From Squalus acanthias (taxonomy: Eukaryota): a stretch of DNA of 64,000 bases. Position 1 is the first letter of the stretch. Each line of letters starts with the position of its first letter. This document shows, piece after piece, positions 50,201 to 60,150 of the stretch. A model generated the notes under the pieces. It saw nothing but the letters and a program-made list of their open reading frames with translations, ran no database searches and had not been told where the DNA came from. The DNA is taken from NCBI GenBank assembly GCA_030390025.1, contig CM059432.1, positions 31,126,001 through 31,190,000 of the forward strand, in the 5' to 3' direction. The position numbers and the translations under genes were made by a program.

Positions 50201-53200
50201 CGTTAATTTCTGCAGAAGATTTCTCTGTTAAAAAGCAACTGGGCAGAATGGTACAGTGGCGCAGTATGTTGGAACTCCATTGGTGCCATGTTCAGAGAGT
50301 GGTAGGATGCTAGATCTGCCCCTGTGATTCTCTGTGCAGAGGAAGAAGATTTCTTCTGTACAATATAGGTAGAATGAACTTATGATTTCACCAGGGAAAG
50401 ATTTCCGTCGTGTGTGGGTATGGTGAAATCATAAATTCATTCTACCTATATTGCACAGAAGAAATCTTCTTCCTCTGCCCTGGTTGAATGATCAATTTTG
50501 GCATGGTGTTATGGAGAAATGCCAAAAGTGGCAGCCAAATGCTTCCCAACTGCAGTTCACGGGGAATTAGATGGCAGCTTGGAAAAGAGTGGGATTAGAC
50601 TAGATGGTTCGTGTGGAGAAAAGCAGGTGTACAGACTTGATCTGCTGAACATCCTGTTTCTATGCTGGAACATTCTGTAATGGTTATGATTCTAGGAAAA
50701 GAGGAATATGGGAGGTCTATCCTCCTCTTGCACTGCTCACATGGACCTCCGAGGAGGCAGTTATAGAATGGCTGTCTGACTCCTCTCGCACAGAGTTCCA
50801 CACATTTGTCAGCCAAACTGCACTGGCTCCCTGACCACAATACATCAACTTCAAGATCTTTGTCCTTATTTTCTAATCACGTCACAATTTTGATCACCCT
50901 TACCTGAGTGATCTTCTCAAACTGTGTGCCCAGCATGATTCTGGATTGCTGCTCATCCCCATTCTATCAACTATACCTTCAGCCACTAGGCCCCTGCAAC
51001 ACAGTACTATATCCAGAAAACCTATGACTGTGCTACCTCTTTCCCTTCTTTCAAAGGCCTTTTAAAACATGTCTCATTGATTATGGATTCAGTCCACTTC
51101 CTTAATCTTTCCAAACATTTTTTCCCCATTGTAATGTGCCTTGGGGTGACATGAAAGATGCTTTAGTGGTAGCACTTTTGCCTCTGAGTCAGAAGGTTGT
51201 GGGTTCAAGTCGCACCCCAGAGACTTGAGCACAAAATCTAGGCTGACATTCCATTGCAGTAGTGAGAGAATGCTGCACTGTCGGAGGTGCTGTCTTTCAG
51301 ATGAGACGTTAAACCGAGGACCCATCTGCCCTCTCAGGTGGACATAAAAGATCCCATGGCACTATTTTGAGAGCAGGGGAACTCTCTGTGTCCTGGCCAA
51401 TATTTATCCCTCAACCAACATCACTAAAACAGATTATCTGGTCATTATCTAATTGCTGTTTGTGGGACCTTGCTGTGCGCAGATTAGCTGCCGTATTTCC
51501 TACATTACAACAGTCACTACACTTCAAAAGTACTTAATTGGCTGTAAAGTACTTTGGGCCGTCCTAAGGTTGTAAAAGGCGCTATATAAATGCAAGTCTT
51601 TCTTTAATAACATGAGCTGAGCTCATGACCTCTGGGTTATAATTCAGTAATTACTACACTACTGTGCCCATAATAGCAATCGAGAGATGTGTCAGTGCTG
51701 TTGGGAACCAAAAAGACTGTCTTCAGTTTTGTTGAAAGTGTACTGAAGGAAGCTTCAGCCCATGCACAACATTCATTTGTGCCAACCCTCATGAGGGATG
51801 CTGTGTAACATTAAGGTTTTGGCAGAACAGGGTGGAGCAATGGTTAATTGCTAGCCTTTCATTTCTGCGACTTGAGTTCAAATTTGGCCATATGGATGGA
51901 ATTAAAATCTTCTCTTTCTGCTGCCAGTTGAGTCTTATGTACAGTAAGATTGGACCGTCCATAGGTTTGCGGCACAAAACTGCTCCTAATATGGCACTAA
52001 TTGGAAATGTCATTCAGACAGGATGGTTTCCGTGGACAATGGAAAAATGCTGCCACGGAATTCTTCTAAGATTGGGAATGAAGTACATTGGTGGGGGCAG
52101 AGTAGAAGGAGTCTTTCTCTACATCTGGCCGTGCTACACCTGATCTGGGAGTGTTCAATGCTGACATGGCGCTGGGAATTTCCTCGGGGGTGGGGGGGGT
52201 TTTCAATCGGGCGTCATAACTTCAGCAGGAGATCGGCAGAAGCCCCCTTTATGCGTCTATCTAGGGTTTCTGCCGATCTTCTGCTGGACTTATGGTGGTC
52301 GATCGGGAGAACCCAAAAGAAATCTCTGGCGTATATGCCTGAAATAGAAACTGTTATGTTTCCTAACAGAACTATCCTTCACCTTGATGAGCATGAAAAA
52401 TAAATGCAAGTAAATGTTAGCACAGCAAGCATTTCACACAACCCGAAGCTTCCAGCAAATTTAATTTGCCTGAATACATTTAAGAGAGAAATGCTAAATT
52501 AAGTATTTTAAACAAAAATTTAACTTTTTGAAAAAAATAATTAAAGTTTTTTACAGGGCTAAAAATAAACTTAACTTTTTTTGAAGTTTTTTTAAATGAT
52601 AAATCAGTGAAAAACTTTTTTTTTTTGAAGTTTTTTTAAATGATAAATCAGTGAAAAACTTTTTTTTTAACTTTTTTCAACTCTTATCCTGGTAAAAGCA
52701 GGCTTTCTGCGGGCGGAGGGTCTCCAAAAAGTGGAACTATACGCCCACAGAGGCCCTTCTCTAGGGCAGCCGGAGGATCTGTCAAGAGCATTCTTGACAG
52801 ATCGGAAATGCCGGTTTTCAGCGCATGTGCTGTGCATGCCTGAAGCCAGCATTTCCGATGTCCCTACGGGTGGGTACACAGCGCGTACCCACCCGTAGGG
52901 ATCGGAATATCTGGGCCAATACCATTTTTGTCTTCAAACCAAACTAGTAAAAAATTAACATAAGTAGAGTTTATGTCTGCCCGATATAGAGTGTACATTC
53001 TCATGTGAAGGGACACATCTCCCTTAGCTATGTCCAGAAAACTTGGGCAGAGGTTGGCAAGGCAGAGGAACTCTCAAGCGAACACAGAGGTACAGCTGAA
53101 GTTTAACCAGCTAAAACTGCACAGCTTACCAGTGCAGAAACTGATAAGCTCCTCACCCTACCTGTTAAGGCATTAGCTTGCCAGGTTATCTGAAGCTGGG

Positions 53201-55005
53201 TGGAATCCCAGCCCTCAGTAACAGGTTCACCAGATTGAGTATGATAAGTGACCTAGGCTGGCGAGTCAATGCTCAACAGCTACTTGTAGTACTGCAGATC
53301 TGCCTGCCTCAGCTATTGGATTTCTGCCACAGAAAATCAACTCCACTCCAATCTCCCATCACAAGGGCCAGGTATTTCTTCGATGCTGCTGCCACTCCAC
53401 CGTTTGAGCTCCACCCAGAAAAGTTACGGCAGCGGAGCGGGAGAAGCTCCGAGGAGGTTCCTAGCCAAGGTGCTTCACCTTGAAACCAAATTGACTCCTA
53501 TACCCCACCAAAGAGAGAGTAGAAAAAAGCAGGATTACACTTAATACACAAGAATACACATCTTTTTATTATTATTCATTTGCGGGATGTTGGCGTCACT
53601 TGCAAGACTGGCATTTGTGCCCTCAGAAGTGATGGTTACTGAGTGGTTTGCTAGGCCATTTCAGCATGCACTTAAGAGTCAACCACATTGGTGTGGGACT
53701 AGAGTCACATATAGCAGACTGGGTGAGGACGACAGGTTTCCTTCCCTAAAGGGCATTCGTGAACCACTAATTGGGTTTTTACAACAATCCGACAAGTTCA
53801 TGGTCACTTTTACTGATGCCGACTTTTGATGCCTAGATTTTTTACCATGGTGGGATTTGAACTTGCGTTCACCAGATTATTAATCTAAACCTCTGGATTA
53901 CTAGCCCAGCACTATAAGCACTATAGCTGCGTACCTGTCTGGCTGTTATATGGCCTTTCCTTGATAAAGATTTAAATGTGGTAAACTTAAATTCTTGTGC
54001 ATGAGATGAATGATCTATTTAGGTGGCATTGGTTGAGGGAGGAATGCTGGCCAAGAAAACAAGAACTCCTTGCTCTTCACGTAGGCCCAAAGGACCTTTA
54101 CCCTGCACTTGAATGTGTTATTTCAGTTTAATGTGTTATTTCAGTACTGTGCCTCAGACCATGCATCTCTTCCTCAGTACTGCACTGGAGTGTCAACCTA
54201 GTTTTTATGTACTACAGAACCTGGTGTGGGGCTTGAACCGACACAATGTGATGACTCAGAGGTGAGAGTGTTACTAACTGAGCCAAGCACTCTTAACAGA
54301 TTTAGCATGGGTGCAAAGCACAAATTACTTCTCACCAACGCTAAATGTGGAGCAGTAATCGGGTACCAAGGTCAAAACTGATTCTCTTCTCCAGGGAGTC
54401 TCACTCAGCTTGGTTCTGCTGTCAGGTCATGACCATAGCGTATGATTCAGGCGGTATTTACACTGTAACTGCAGCATCAATGCAAAGCTAAACCGCTCTG
54501 TACTGTAACTAATACAGCCTAACACAACCTCAACTAATTCAAGTTGACGTGTGTCCAGAAATACATTTAATTATTGTATCAATGAGCTTCACCTTCATTT
54601 TTAATAAATAAATCAAATAACTTCTCTCCTTTCACCATCTGTCCTACAGGAAGGCAGTGAAGGCAACTTTAGTTCTGTTACCCCTTCTTGGCATCACTTA
54701 CATGCTGTTCTTCGTCAATCCAGGCGAAGATGACATCTCACAAATTGTTTTCATCTACTTCAATTCATTTCTGCAGTCCTTTCAGGTGGGTAATCTGACC
54801 AGATAAACTGACAGCTCATTAACTGTGGGCCTAATACAATATGACAGCTTAATTTGCAAATTAGATCTTCTTTTCCTGAAGCATAATGTAACTTAAATGT
54901 TTTGCAAAGAGTTACTGTCACAATTTGCTGTAGGACTCAACTAAACACCGTTGTGTTTTACAGGGTTTCTTTGTGTCTGTGTTTTACTGCTTCCTGAATG
55001 GTGAG
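14147..55005 (+). CDS. crhr2: Corticotropin-releasing hormone receptor 2 (class B1 GPCR), partial; spliced span of 8 exons covering TM1-TM7
   Basis: Eight AG/GT-bounded exons of 107,118,154,61,73,86,136,42 nt join in frame (777 nt): [263 protein letters not shown]2-type residues: NYFVVTN, MFVEG, IVMTYS, FLQSFQ, LNGE (CRHR1 has NYFHVTN, MFGEG, IVLTYS, FLESFQ, LNSE). Confidence 0.96.
15543..15968 (+). mobile_element. Full-length tRNA-derived SINE sharing its 3' tail with the LINE at 4802-5833
   Basis: A box ggtagcatagtggtt, B box gagttcaaatccc, core agggaaggaaatctgccgcccttacccggtctggcctatatgtgactc, tail matching 5740-5830. Confidence 0.85.
16455..16572 (+). CDS. crhr2: crhr2 ICL1/TM2/ECL1 exon (118 nt)
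   Basis: gccacag|GAGCATCAGATGC...AACAATGAG|gtaagc; encodes [39 protein letters not shown]. Confidence 0.96.
16597..16900 (+). mobile_element. AmnSINE2-like ancient SINE
   Basis: acagaccaggaag...gagttagc...caattggcctc...ttcctgccctgatcgctat matches the recalled AmnSINE2 consensus; related pieces near 3990-4090, 36905-36975 and 38530-38770. Confidence 0.55.
17151..17300. mobile_element. Penelope-like terminal repeat in inverted (fold-back) arrangement
   Basis: Arms 17183-17239 and 17244-17300, 52/57 complementary, 4-nt loop; homologous to 9320-9410. Confidence 0.85.
18010..19540 (+). mobile_element. SacSINE1-like Deu-SINE split by a MITE
   Basis: Head ggtagcactctcgcctctg...agagacttgagcatata ends at 18087; body resumes at 19167 and runs to ...tataaatgcaag. 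Confidence 0.75.
18088..19166. mobile_element. Harbinger-type MITE (family B) with internal C-rich repeats
   Basis: Ends gggggccatttat / atgaaaatccagccc, ATA/AGA flanks; termini are reverse complements of those of 28380-29449. Confidence 0.7.
19696..22178 (+). mobile_element. L2 LINE, about 2.5 kb, disrupted ORF2 (end of endonuclease, RT, C-terminus)
   Basis: [11 protein letters not shown]...[50 protein letters not shown]; (gtt)n tail; several stops and frameshifts. Confidence 0.93.
22185..22520 (+). mobile_element. CR1 LINE 3' fragment
   Basis: [22 protein letters not shown]; tail gggccgaatggcctccttctgtactgtatgattctatgat. Confidence 0.85.
22930..23135 (+). mobile_element. LF-SINE-like fragment
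   Basis: tRNA-like head followed by gtgaaatgagtt...aaatggcattaa; related to 51820-52166. Confidence 0.4.
23170..23540 (+). mobile_element. CR1 LINE 3' fragment (second family)
   Basis: [18 protein letters not shown]-terminal motif. Confidence 0.75.
23544..28095 (-). mobile_element. Rearranged CR1 LINE block: 3' tail, RT, endonuclease (partly duplicated), ORF1 esterase remnant, extra RT fragment
   Basis: [24 protein letters not shown] (23631-24098); YRPP, GDFN, SDH (24835-25479); ITETW (25848-26183); [10 protein letters not shown] on the minus strand near 27405-27440; NYRPVSLTS (27653-28111). Confidence 0.9.
26130..26985. mobile_element. CpG-rich Harbinger-type MITE (family C) inserted in CR1
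   Basis: TIRs GGGGGAGAAATTCAG / CTGAATTTTTTCCCC with TCT TSD; many agcgcc/ggcgct subterminal motifs. Confidence 0.8.
28380..29449. mobile_element. Harbinger-type MITE (family B) inserted in a tRNA-SINE head
   Basis: Ends ggcctgaattttaa / ttaaaatttccccc; SINE A box before it (gtagtggttatggtactggact) and B box after it (ttcaaatcccacca). Confidence 0.7.
28620..29260 (+). repeat. G-rich 32-bp minisatellite (gggggccggagcggggaggtcggaaggtgatc), roughly 18-20 copies
   Basis: Period 32 counted between 28925 and 28957. Confidence 0.92.
29951..30104 (+). CDS. crhr2: crhr2 TM3/ICL2 exon (154 nt)
   Basis: tctttttcag|CCCTGGTGC...GGATGGT|gtaagt; encodes [51 protein letters not shown]. Confidence 0.97.
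30439..30499 (+). CDS. crhr2: crhr2 TM4 exon (61 nt)
   Basis: ttccacag|GTATCCCC...AATGAACA|gtaagt; encodes (C)[19 protein letters not shown](Q). Confidence 0.96.
31047..33117 (-). mobile_element. L2 fragment split by a later LINE insertion
   Basis: L2 sequence breaks at gcatggatgagggttt (about 31235) and resumes at agcagcggatgagctgagg (32881). Confidence 0.8.
31236..32880 (-). mobile_element. CR1/Jockey-group LINE (same family as 4802-5833), frameshifted RT
   Basis: [56 protein letters not shown]. Confidence 0.9.
33226..34045 (+). repeat. 31-bp minisatellite (gtgagtgtccgtatttacaggatgttcctgg), roughly 25 copies
   Basis: Period 31 counted between 33541 and 33572; homogeneous centre, degenerate edges. 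Confidence 0.95.
35525..36365 (-). mobile_element. Older diverged L2 fragment
   Basis: [14 protein letters not shown] motif; collinear with 330-1190 but more diverged. Confidence 0.75.
36768..37716. repeat. 186-bp inverted duplication (arms 36768-36953 and 37531-37716)
   Basis: ttttatgcagcatctttcacatcc...aaggagtcagagc versus gctctgactcgttgc...gatgctgcataaaa, only a few mismatches. Confidence 0.93.
37463..38525. mobile_element. Harbinger-type MITE (family A related) inside a minus-strand AmnSINE2-like copy
   Basis: Right end gataaaatcgtggcc; body collinear with 61619-62180; right subterminal region is the reverse complement of 2480-2585. Confidence 0.65.
39135..39207 (+). CDS. crhr2: crhr2 ECL2/TM5 exon (73 nt)
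   Basis: tgtttacag|ATGCTGGTTT...GTACTGCTG|gtaagt; encodes [24 protein letters not shown]; absent from the ORF track. Confidence 0.96.
39735..40475 (+). mobile_element. Older diverged L2 fragment
   Basis: [14 protein letters not shown]...[21 protein letters not shown]; gttgtt tail. Confidence 0.78.
40800..41320 (-). pseudogene. PIF/Harbinger (HARBI1-like) DDE transposase fossil
   Basis: Minus strand reads [13 protein letters not shown]...[49 protein letters not shown]...QRERA, then broken GFP..G and [15 protein letters not shown] pieces typical of Harbinger transposases. Confidence 0.8.
42843..43105 (-). mobile_element. L2 3' UTR fragment
   Basis: (caa)n tail and gaccaaaagcttggtcaaagaggtagg. 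Confidence 0.8.
43505..43865 (-). mobile_element. SacSINE1-like Deu-SINE
   Basis: Reverse complement of about 51255-51605, including gtgccatgggatctt and ctcggttta..tctcatctgaaagacagcacc. Confidence 0.8.
45707..46248 (-). mobile_element. L2 fragment
   Basis: [23 protein letters not shown] motif. Confidence 0.85.
46336..46421 (+). CDS. crhr2: crhr2 TM5/ICL3 exon (86 nt)
   Basis: ttctgagcag|GTTAATTTT...CAGTACAG|gtaaat; encodes [28 protein letters not shown](R). Confidence 0.96.
47564..48860 (+). mobile_element. tRNA-SINE (15543 family) interrupted by a CR1 tail (about 47585-47811, minus) and a MITE
   Basis: A box at 47570, CR1 (atagaatc)n tail, B box at about 47838, MITE, then SINE core and tail at 48591-48860. 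Confidence 0.75.
47870..48590. mobile_element. CpG-rich Harbinger-type MITE (family C)
   Basis: TIRs GGGCTAAAAATTGAG / CCGAATTTTTACCCC with TTT TSD. Confidence 0.82.
49382..50109. mobile_element. CpG-rich Harbinger-type MITE (family C), opposite orientation to 47870-48590
   Basis: TIRs GGGCTAGAAATTGGG / CCCAATTTTTCCGCC with ATT TSD. Confidence 0.82.
50336..50478. repeat. Near-perfect inverted repeat, 58-bp arms and 27-nt loop
   Basis: Arms 50336-50393 and 50421-50478, 56/58 complementary. Confidence 0.95.
51163..51605 (+). mobile_element. Near-full-length Deu-domain tRNA-SINE (SacSINE1-like) with L2-type tail
   Basis: tRNA head; Deu domain ggaggtgctgtctttcagatgagacgttaaaccgagg...aaagatcccatggcact...tgtcctggccaa; tail aaaggcgctatataaat shared with L2. 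Confidence 0.85.
51820..52166 (+). mobile_element. LF-SINE-like element
   Basis: gcctttca...gagttcaaat...cacaaaac...tggcactaattgg...tgaagtacattggtggggcag...tgctacacctg follows the recalled LF-SINE consensus in order. Confidence 0.55.
52168..52916. mobile_element. MITE-like element(s) with palindromic segments
   Basis: Quasi-palindromic 52170-52330 (related to about 34273-34441); perfect 17-bp stem at 52861-52901; about 45-bp tandem duplication at 52577-52668. Confidence 0.5.
53573..53935 (-). mobile_element. tRNA-SINE (15543 family)
   Basis: Reverse complement of core and head (ctaggccatttcag..ttaagagtcaaccacattg..ccttccctaaagggcatt..ggtgggatttgaact). Confidence 0.8.
54650..54785 (+). CDS. 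crhr2: crhr2 TM6/ECL3/TM7 exon (136 nt)
   Basis: gtcctacag|GAAGGCAGTG...TCCTTTCAG|gtgggt; encodes [45 protein letters not shown]. Confidence 0.97.
54964..55005 (+). CDS. crhr2: crhr2 TM7 exon (42 nt, symmetric phase 0)
   Basis: gttttacag|GGTTTCTTT...AATGGTGAG|gtaagc; encodes [14 protein letters not shown]. Confidence 0.96.
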
Positions 55006-55999
55006 GTAAGCTGGACTTATTCTGTTCTGAAATAGTTTGACAGGAGCAATGGGTATTAATAATTTTAATGCAGCATCTCATTTTAACCTTTAAATTCATT
55101 GATAAGCCAAGCAGAGGAGTTAACACACTTACAATAAACAAGCTAATGCCTGTAATAAAATGGCGGACAAAGGAATGTCACACCAACACACTCCACGTTT
55201 GTCTGCTCACAGTAATGACCCAACAGTAATATCTGGGCTCAAATATGTTCCCACTAAATTAGAACAATTTTTAAAAATTATTCTGAAACATAGGTGAAGG
55301 CCGATGGCTATAGTACAAGGTTGAAAAGAATAGGAGATAAAGATGATGGAAAAATATGAGGTTGTAGTGAGTTAACATCAAATTTATGTTTTAACAGTCT
55401 GTGGAAAAAAGGAAGACTGAGGGAGGGCAAGAGTTCCACAGTGTGAAGGTGCAAGGGAAAGATGAGAGTAGGGGTCAGATGAGTCTTGGATTCAACATTG
55501 GATGCAGGGAGGAGGGAGGGCATGTGTGACAGTGTACTTGGATCTATGGTAGGACAAAAAAGGAAAGTGCTTATTCTTGACTTATCAAGTTCTTAAGAAA
55601 AGAGAAGACCACTGTGTGTTATTTCAGGTGCATTAAGGAAAAATGATGAATTAGAAATGAAGTGTTACAGGCTTCGTGGACCTCAATGTTCTGTCAATGA
55701 GAGGTTGAGAACTCTATTTACATAAAGGAAAAAAACAATTACTCATGACACTCTGTATGTTGCAAATATTGCAAATCACATTACTGAACATTCACAAGAA
55801 GCAATCCAAACGTAATGACAGAACAAATCTCTTGAGACCTACCTGGCTATTTCTAATATTGAAGCACCACAAATTGACATTTATTCAACATGGATTCCTA
55901 TTCACATTTACTGCTTGTTGCTTCAAGATGTTGCATGTGTTAAATAGATGTGATGAATCATTCTCACTGTTGACTACCCACTAGGTTTTCAGAGATTAT

Positions 56000-56172
56000 A
56001 GTCCCGATTTTAACCTAACCAGTCTGGTGGGAACGGGCCAAATGCCCGTTTTATACCCCTCCAGATTTTACGCTCCACGCTCAACGGGACATAATATCAG
56101 GCAGGTGAAAAACATGCATCCGACCTGAACCTATCCCATTGGCGCCAGCCGGGTTAGCATAAAACCGGGGCT
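56000..56172. mobile_element. Short MITE
   Basis: TIRs agtcccgatttta / taaaaccggggct with TAT TSD. Confidence 0.6.
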
Positions 56173-57654
56173 TATAGGTCAAGAATATGTAAAATAAGAA
56201 AGCAAAATGGGAACTGACTTGCACATTATACATTTGCATTAGTGGAGGCTGATTCTCATATATATGCCATATATTTTAGTGCCGACACACTACAAAATCC
56301 CATTGTTGTGGGTTCTGTTTTCAAACCACACTGACTTTGAACTTTTCTTGGCAAATTTTGTATTAGAATATGGAGAAATGTCCCATTTTATCACTAGTTG
56401 CAGAGCAGCATAGGAAGCCTACCCATTTAGTGTGGCAGCAAATGATGCATGGCACAGGGAGACATCACATGCAAAGGAGCAAGAACTTCCAGGTCAAATA
56501 TAGCATATAAAGTTCCTTCATCATTTGCCCGAACAATATGCTTTAATCTATTAAAAGTTGGTTGAAACTTCCCATACTCATTTCAAATAGGGTCCACACT
56601 ACCAGTAGAAAGAGGAAGCTGTGGCTTGAATTCAAATCCAAGTGCCAGAGGTCAACAGTCAGGATGGAGTCCATTGAACCACCCAGACCAGCACACTACC
56701 GATTCTACCACCCTGTGCCCCTTAAATTTAATTAGCGCTGTCTATACCACTAGGTGGGCCACATTGTGAACCCATCATAGCCCATCTTGCTCTGGAGCAG
56801 TATGTTCTGACTTTCATTAACATCGGTCCTTTCTGCAACCGCCGACGTGATACTGCATCCGCCTGGTGTGTTGCCTCCCTGGTGCCAGGGTAAAGGACAT
56901 CACTGAAAGGGTGAAGAACATTTTGAGGAGGGAAGGGGAACAGCTAGAAGTTGTGGTCCAGGTGGGAACCAATGACATAGGAAGGAAAAGGGTTGAGATC
57001 CTACAGGCAGAGTTTCAGGCGCTCAGGAGGAAATTAAATAACAGGACCTCAAAGGTAGTAATCGCTGGATTGCTCCCAGTGCCACGTGCTAGTGAGTATA
57101 GGAATGAAACAGATAAACACGTGGCTGGAGAAATGGTGCAGGAGGGAGGACTTCGGATTGCTGAGGCATTGTGACCAGTTCTGGGGCAGGAGGGAGCTGT
57201 TCAAGGTGGATGGGTTGCACCTCAACAGAGCTGGAACCAATATCCTCGCGGGAAGGTTAACTAGTGCTGTGCGGGAGGGTTTAAACTAATTTGTCTGGGG
57301 GATGGGCATCAGGATGAAACATTAGAGAGGAGAAACAAGATGAAAGAGGACTGGAAGAGACAAATAGCACTAGAGTAAAGAATAGGAGGGATCAGACAGG
57401 GGGCAAATGCGAGGCAGTCTCAGATGGGTTTGGAGTGCATCTGCGTAAATGCACGTAGCATGGTAAATAAGGTTGGTGAACTGCAGGATCATGTCGCCAC
57501 ATGGGACTATGATATAATGGCAATAACAGAGACCTGGCTCAAAGAAGGAGAGGATTGGGAACTTAATATTCCTGGCTACAAGGTATTCAAGAAAGATAGG
57601 GAAGGAAAAAAAGGAGCGGGGTGGCAGTATTGATTAAAAAAAACTATTATAGCA

Positions 57655-60150
57655 TAAGAAATAGGAGCAGGAGTAGGCCATTTGGCCCCTCGAGCCTGCT
57701 CCGCCATTCAATAAGATCATGGCTGATCTGGTCTTGGCCTCAACTCCACTTTCCTGCCTGCTCCCCATAACCCTTGACTCCCTTATTGTTCAAAAATCTG
57801 TCCATCTCCACCTTAAATATATTCAATGACCCAGCCTCCACAGCTCTCTGGGGTACAGATTCCAAAGATTCACGACGTTCTGAGAGAAGAAATTCTTCCT
57901 CATCTCCGTTTTAAATGGGCGACCCCTTATTCTGAAACTATGCCCCCTAGTTCTAGATTCCACCATGAGGGGAAACATCCTCTCTGCATCTACCCTATCA
58001 AGGCCCCTCAGAATTTCATACGTTTCAATAAGATCACCTCTCATTCTTCTAAACTCCAATGAGTATAGGCCCAACCTGCTCAACCTTTCTTCATAAGACA
58101 ACCCCTTCATCTCAGGAATCAACCTAGTGAACCTTCTCTGAACTGCCTCCAATGCAAGTATATCCCTCCTTAAATAAGGAGACCAAACTGTACGCAGTAC
58201 TCCAGGTGTGGTCTCACCAGCGCCCTGTACAGTTGTAGCAAGACTTCCCTACTTTTATACTCCATCCCCCTTTCAATAAAGGCCAACATACTATTTGCCT
58301 TCCTAATTACTTGTTGTACCTGCATGCTAACTTTTTGTGTTTCATGTACAAGGACCCCCAGATCCCTCTTTACCATAGCATTTTATAGTCTCTCTCCATT
58401 TAAATAATAATTTGCTTTTTTATTTTTCCTTCCAAAGTGGATAACCTCACATTTTCCCACATTATACTCCATCTGCCAAATTTTTGCCCACTCACTTAAC
58501 CTATCTATATCCCTTTGCAGATTCTGTGTGTCCTCTTCACAACTTGCTTTCCCACCTATCTTCAGCAAATTTGGCTATATTATACTTGATCCCTTCATCC
58601 AAGTCATTAATATAAATTGTAAACAGCTGAGGCCCCAGCACTGATCCCTGTGGCACCCCACTAGTTACAGTTTGCCAACCTGAAAATGACCCATTTATCC
58701 CGACTCTCTGTTTCCTGTTAGTTAGCCAATCCTCTATCCATGCTAATATGTTACCCCAAACCCCATGAGCTCTTATCTTGTTCAGTAACCTTTTATGTGG
58801 CACCTTATCGAATGTCTTCTGGAAATCCAAATACACTACGTCTACTGGTTTCCCTAATCCACCCTGCTCATTACATCCTCAAAGAACTCTAGCAAATTTT
58901 TCAAACATGATTTCCCTTTCATAAAATCATGCTGACTCTGCTTGACTGTATTATGATTTTCTAATTGTCCTGCTACTACTTCCTTAATACTGGACTCTAG
59001 CATTTTCCCAATGACAGATGTTAGGCTAACTGGTCTATAGTTATGGGAACGGTAGCATAGTGGTTATGTTACTGGACTAGTTAATCTAGTAGGCCTGGAC
59101 TAATGATCTGGTGACACAAGTTCCAATCCCACCATGGCAGGTGGGGAATTTAAATTCAGCTAACTAAATAAATCTGGAATAAAAAACTAGTATCAGTAAT
59201 GGTGACCATGAAACTACTGGATTGTCATAAAAACCCATCTGGTTCACTAATGTCCTTCAGAGGAAGGAAATCTGCTGTCCTTACCTGGTCTGGCTTATAT
59301 GTGATCCACAACAATATGGTTGACTCTTAACTACCCTCTGAAATGGCCTAGCAAGCCACTCAGTTATAATAAACCGCTACAAATAACAATGGTTCAAGAA
59401 GGCAGCTCACCACCACCTTCTTAAGGGCAATTAGGGATGGGCAATAAATGCTGACCTTGCTGGCGACACCCACATCCCATGAATAAATTTTAAAAAAGTT
59501 TCCTGCTTTCTGTCTCCTTCCTTTCTTTAATAGGGGTGTTACATTTGCGGTTTTCCAATCCGCTGGGACCTCTCCAGAATCTAGGGAATTTTGGAAGATT
59601 ACAACCAACGCAGCCATTTCTTTTAAGACCTAGGATGCAGGCCATCAGGTCTAGGGGACTTGTCTACCTTTAGTCCCATAAGTTTGCTTAGTACTTTTTC
59701 TCTAGTGATAGTGATTGTTTTAAGTTCCCACCTCCCTACAGCCCCTTGATTATCTATTATTATTGGGATGCTTTTAGTGTCTTCTAGATACGTGAAGACC
59801 GATACAAAATATTTATTCAAAATCTCTGCCATTTCCCGGTTTCCCATTATTAATTCCCCAGTCTCATCCTCTAAGGGACCAACGTTTACTTTAGTTACTC
59901 TCTTCCTTTTTATATACCTGTAGATGCTCTTACTGTCTGTTTTTATATTTCTTGCTAATTTACTCTCATAATCTATCTTCTCTCTATTATTTTTTTAGTC
60001 GTCCTTTGCTGGTTTTTAAAAATTTCCCAATCCTCTGGCCTACCACTAATCTTCGCATCATGGTATGCTTTTGTTTTCAATTTGATACCATCCTTAACTT
60101 CCTTAGTTAGCCATGGATGGTTCATTCTTCTCTTAGAGTCTTTCTTTCTC
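57655..60150 (-). mobile_element. CR1 LINE nested in opposite orientation
   Basis: [46 protein letters not shown]; 3' tail at 57655. Confidence 0.92.
59045..59490 (+). mobile_element. Full-length tRNA-SINE (15543 family) inserted in the nested CR1
   Basis: Collinear with 15543-15968; interrupts the CR1 NYRP motif. Confidence 0.88.

Noticed and set aside
14147..55005. Assignment as crhr1
   Set aside because: Diagnostic residues (NYFVVTN, MFVEG, FLQSFQ, LNGE, LITTF) and the 118-nt exon fit CRHR2.
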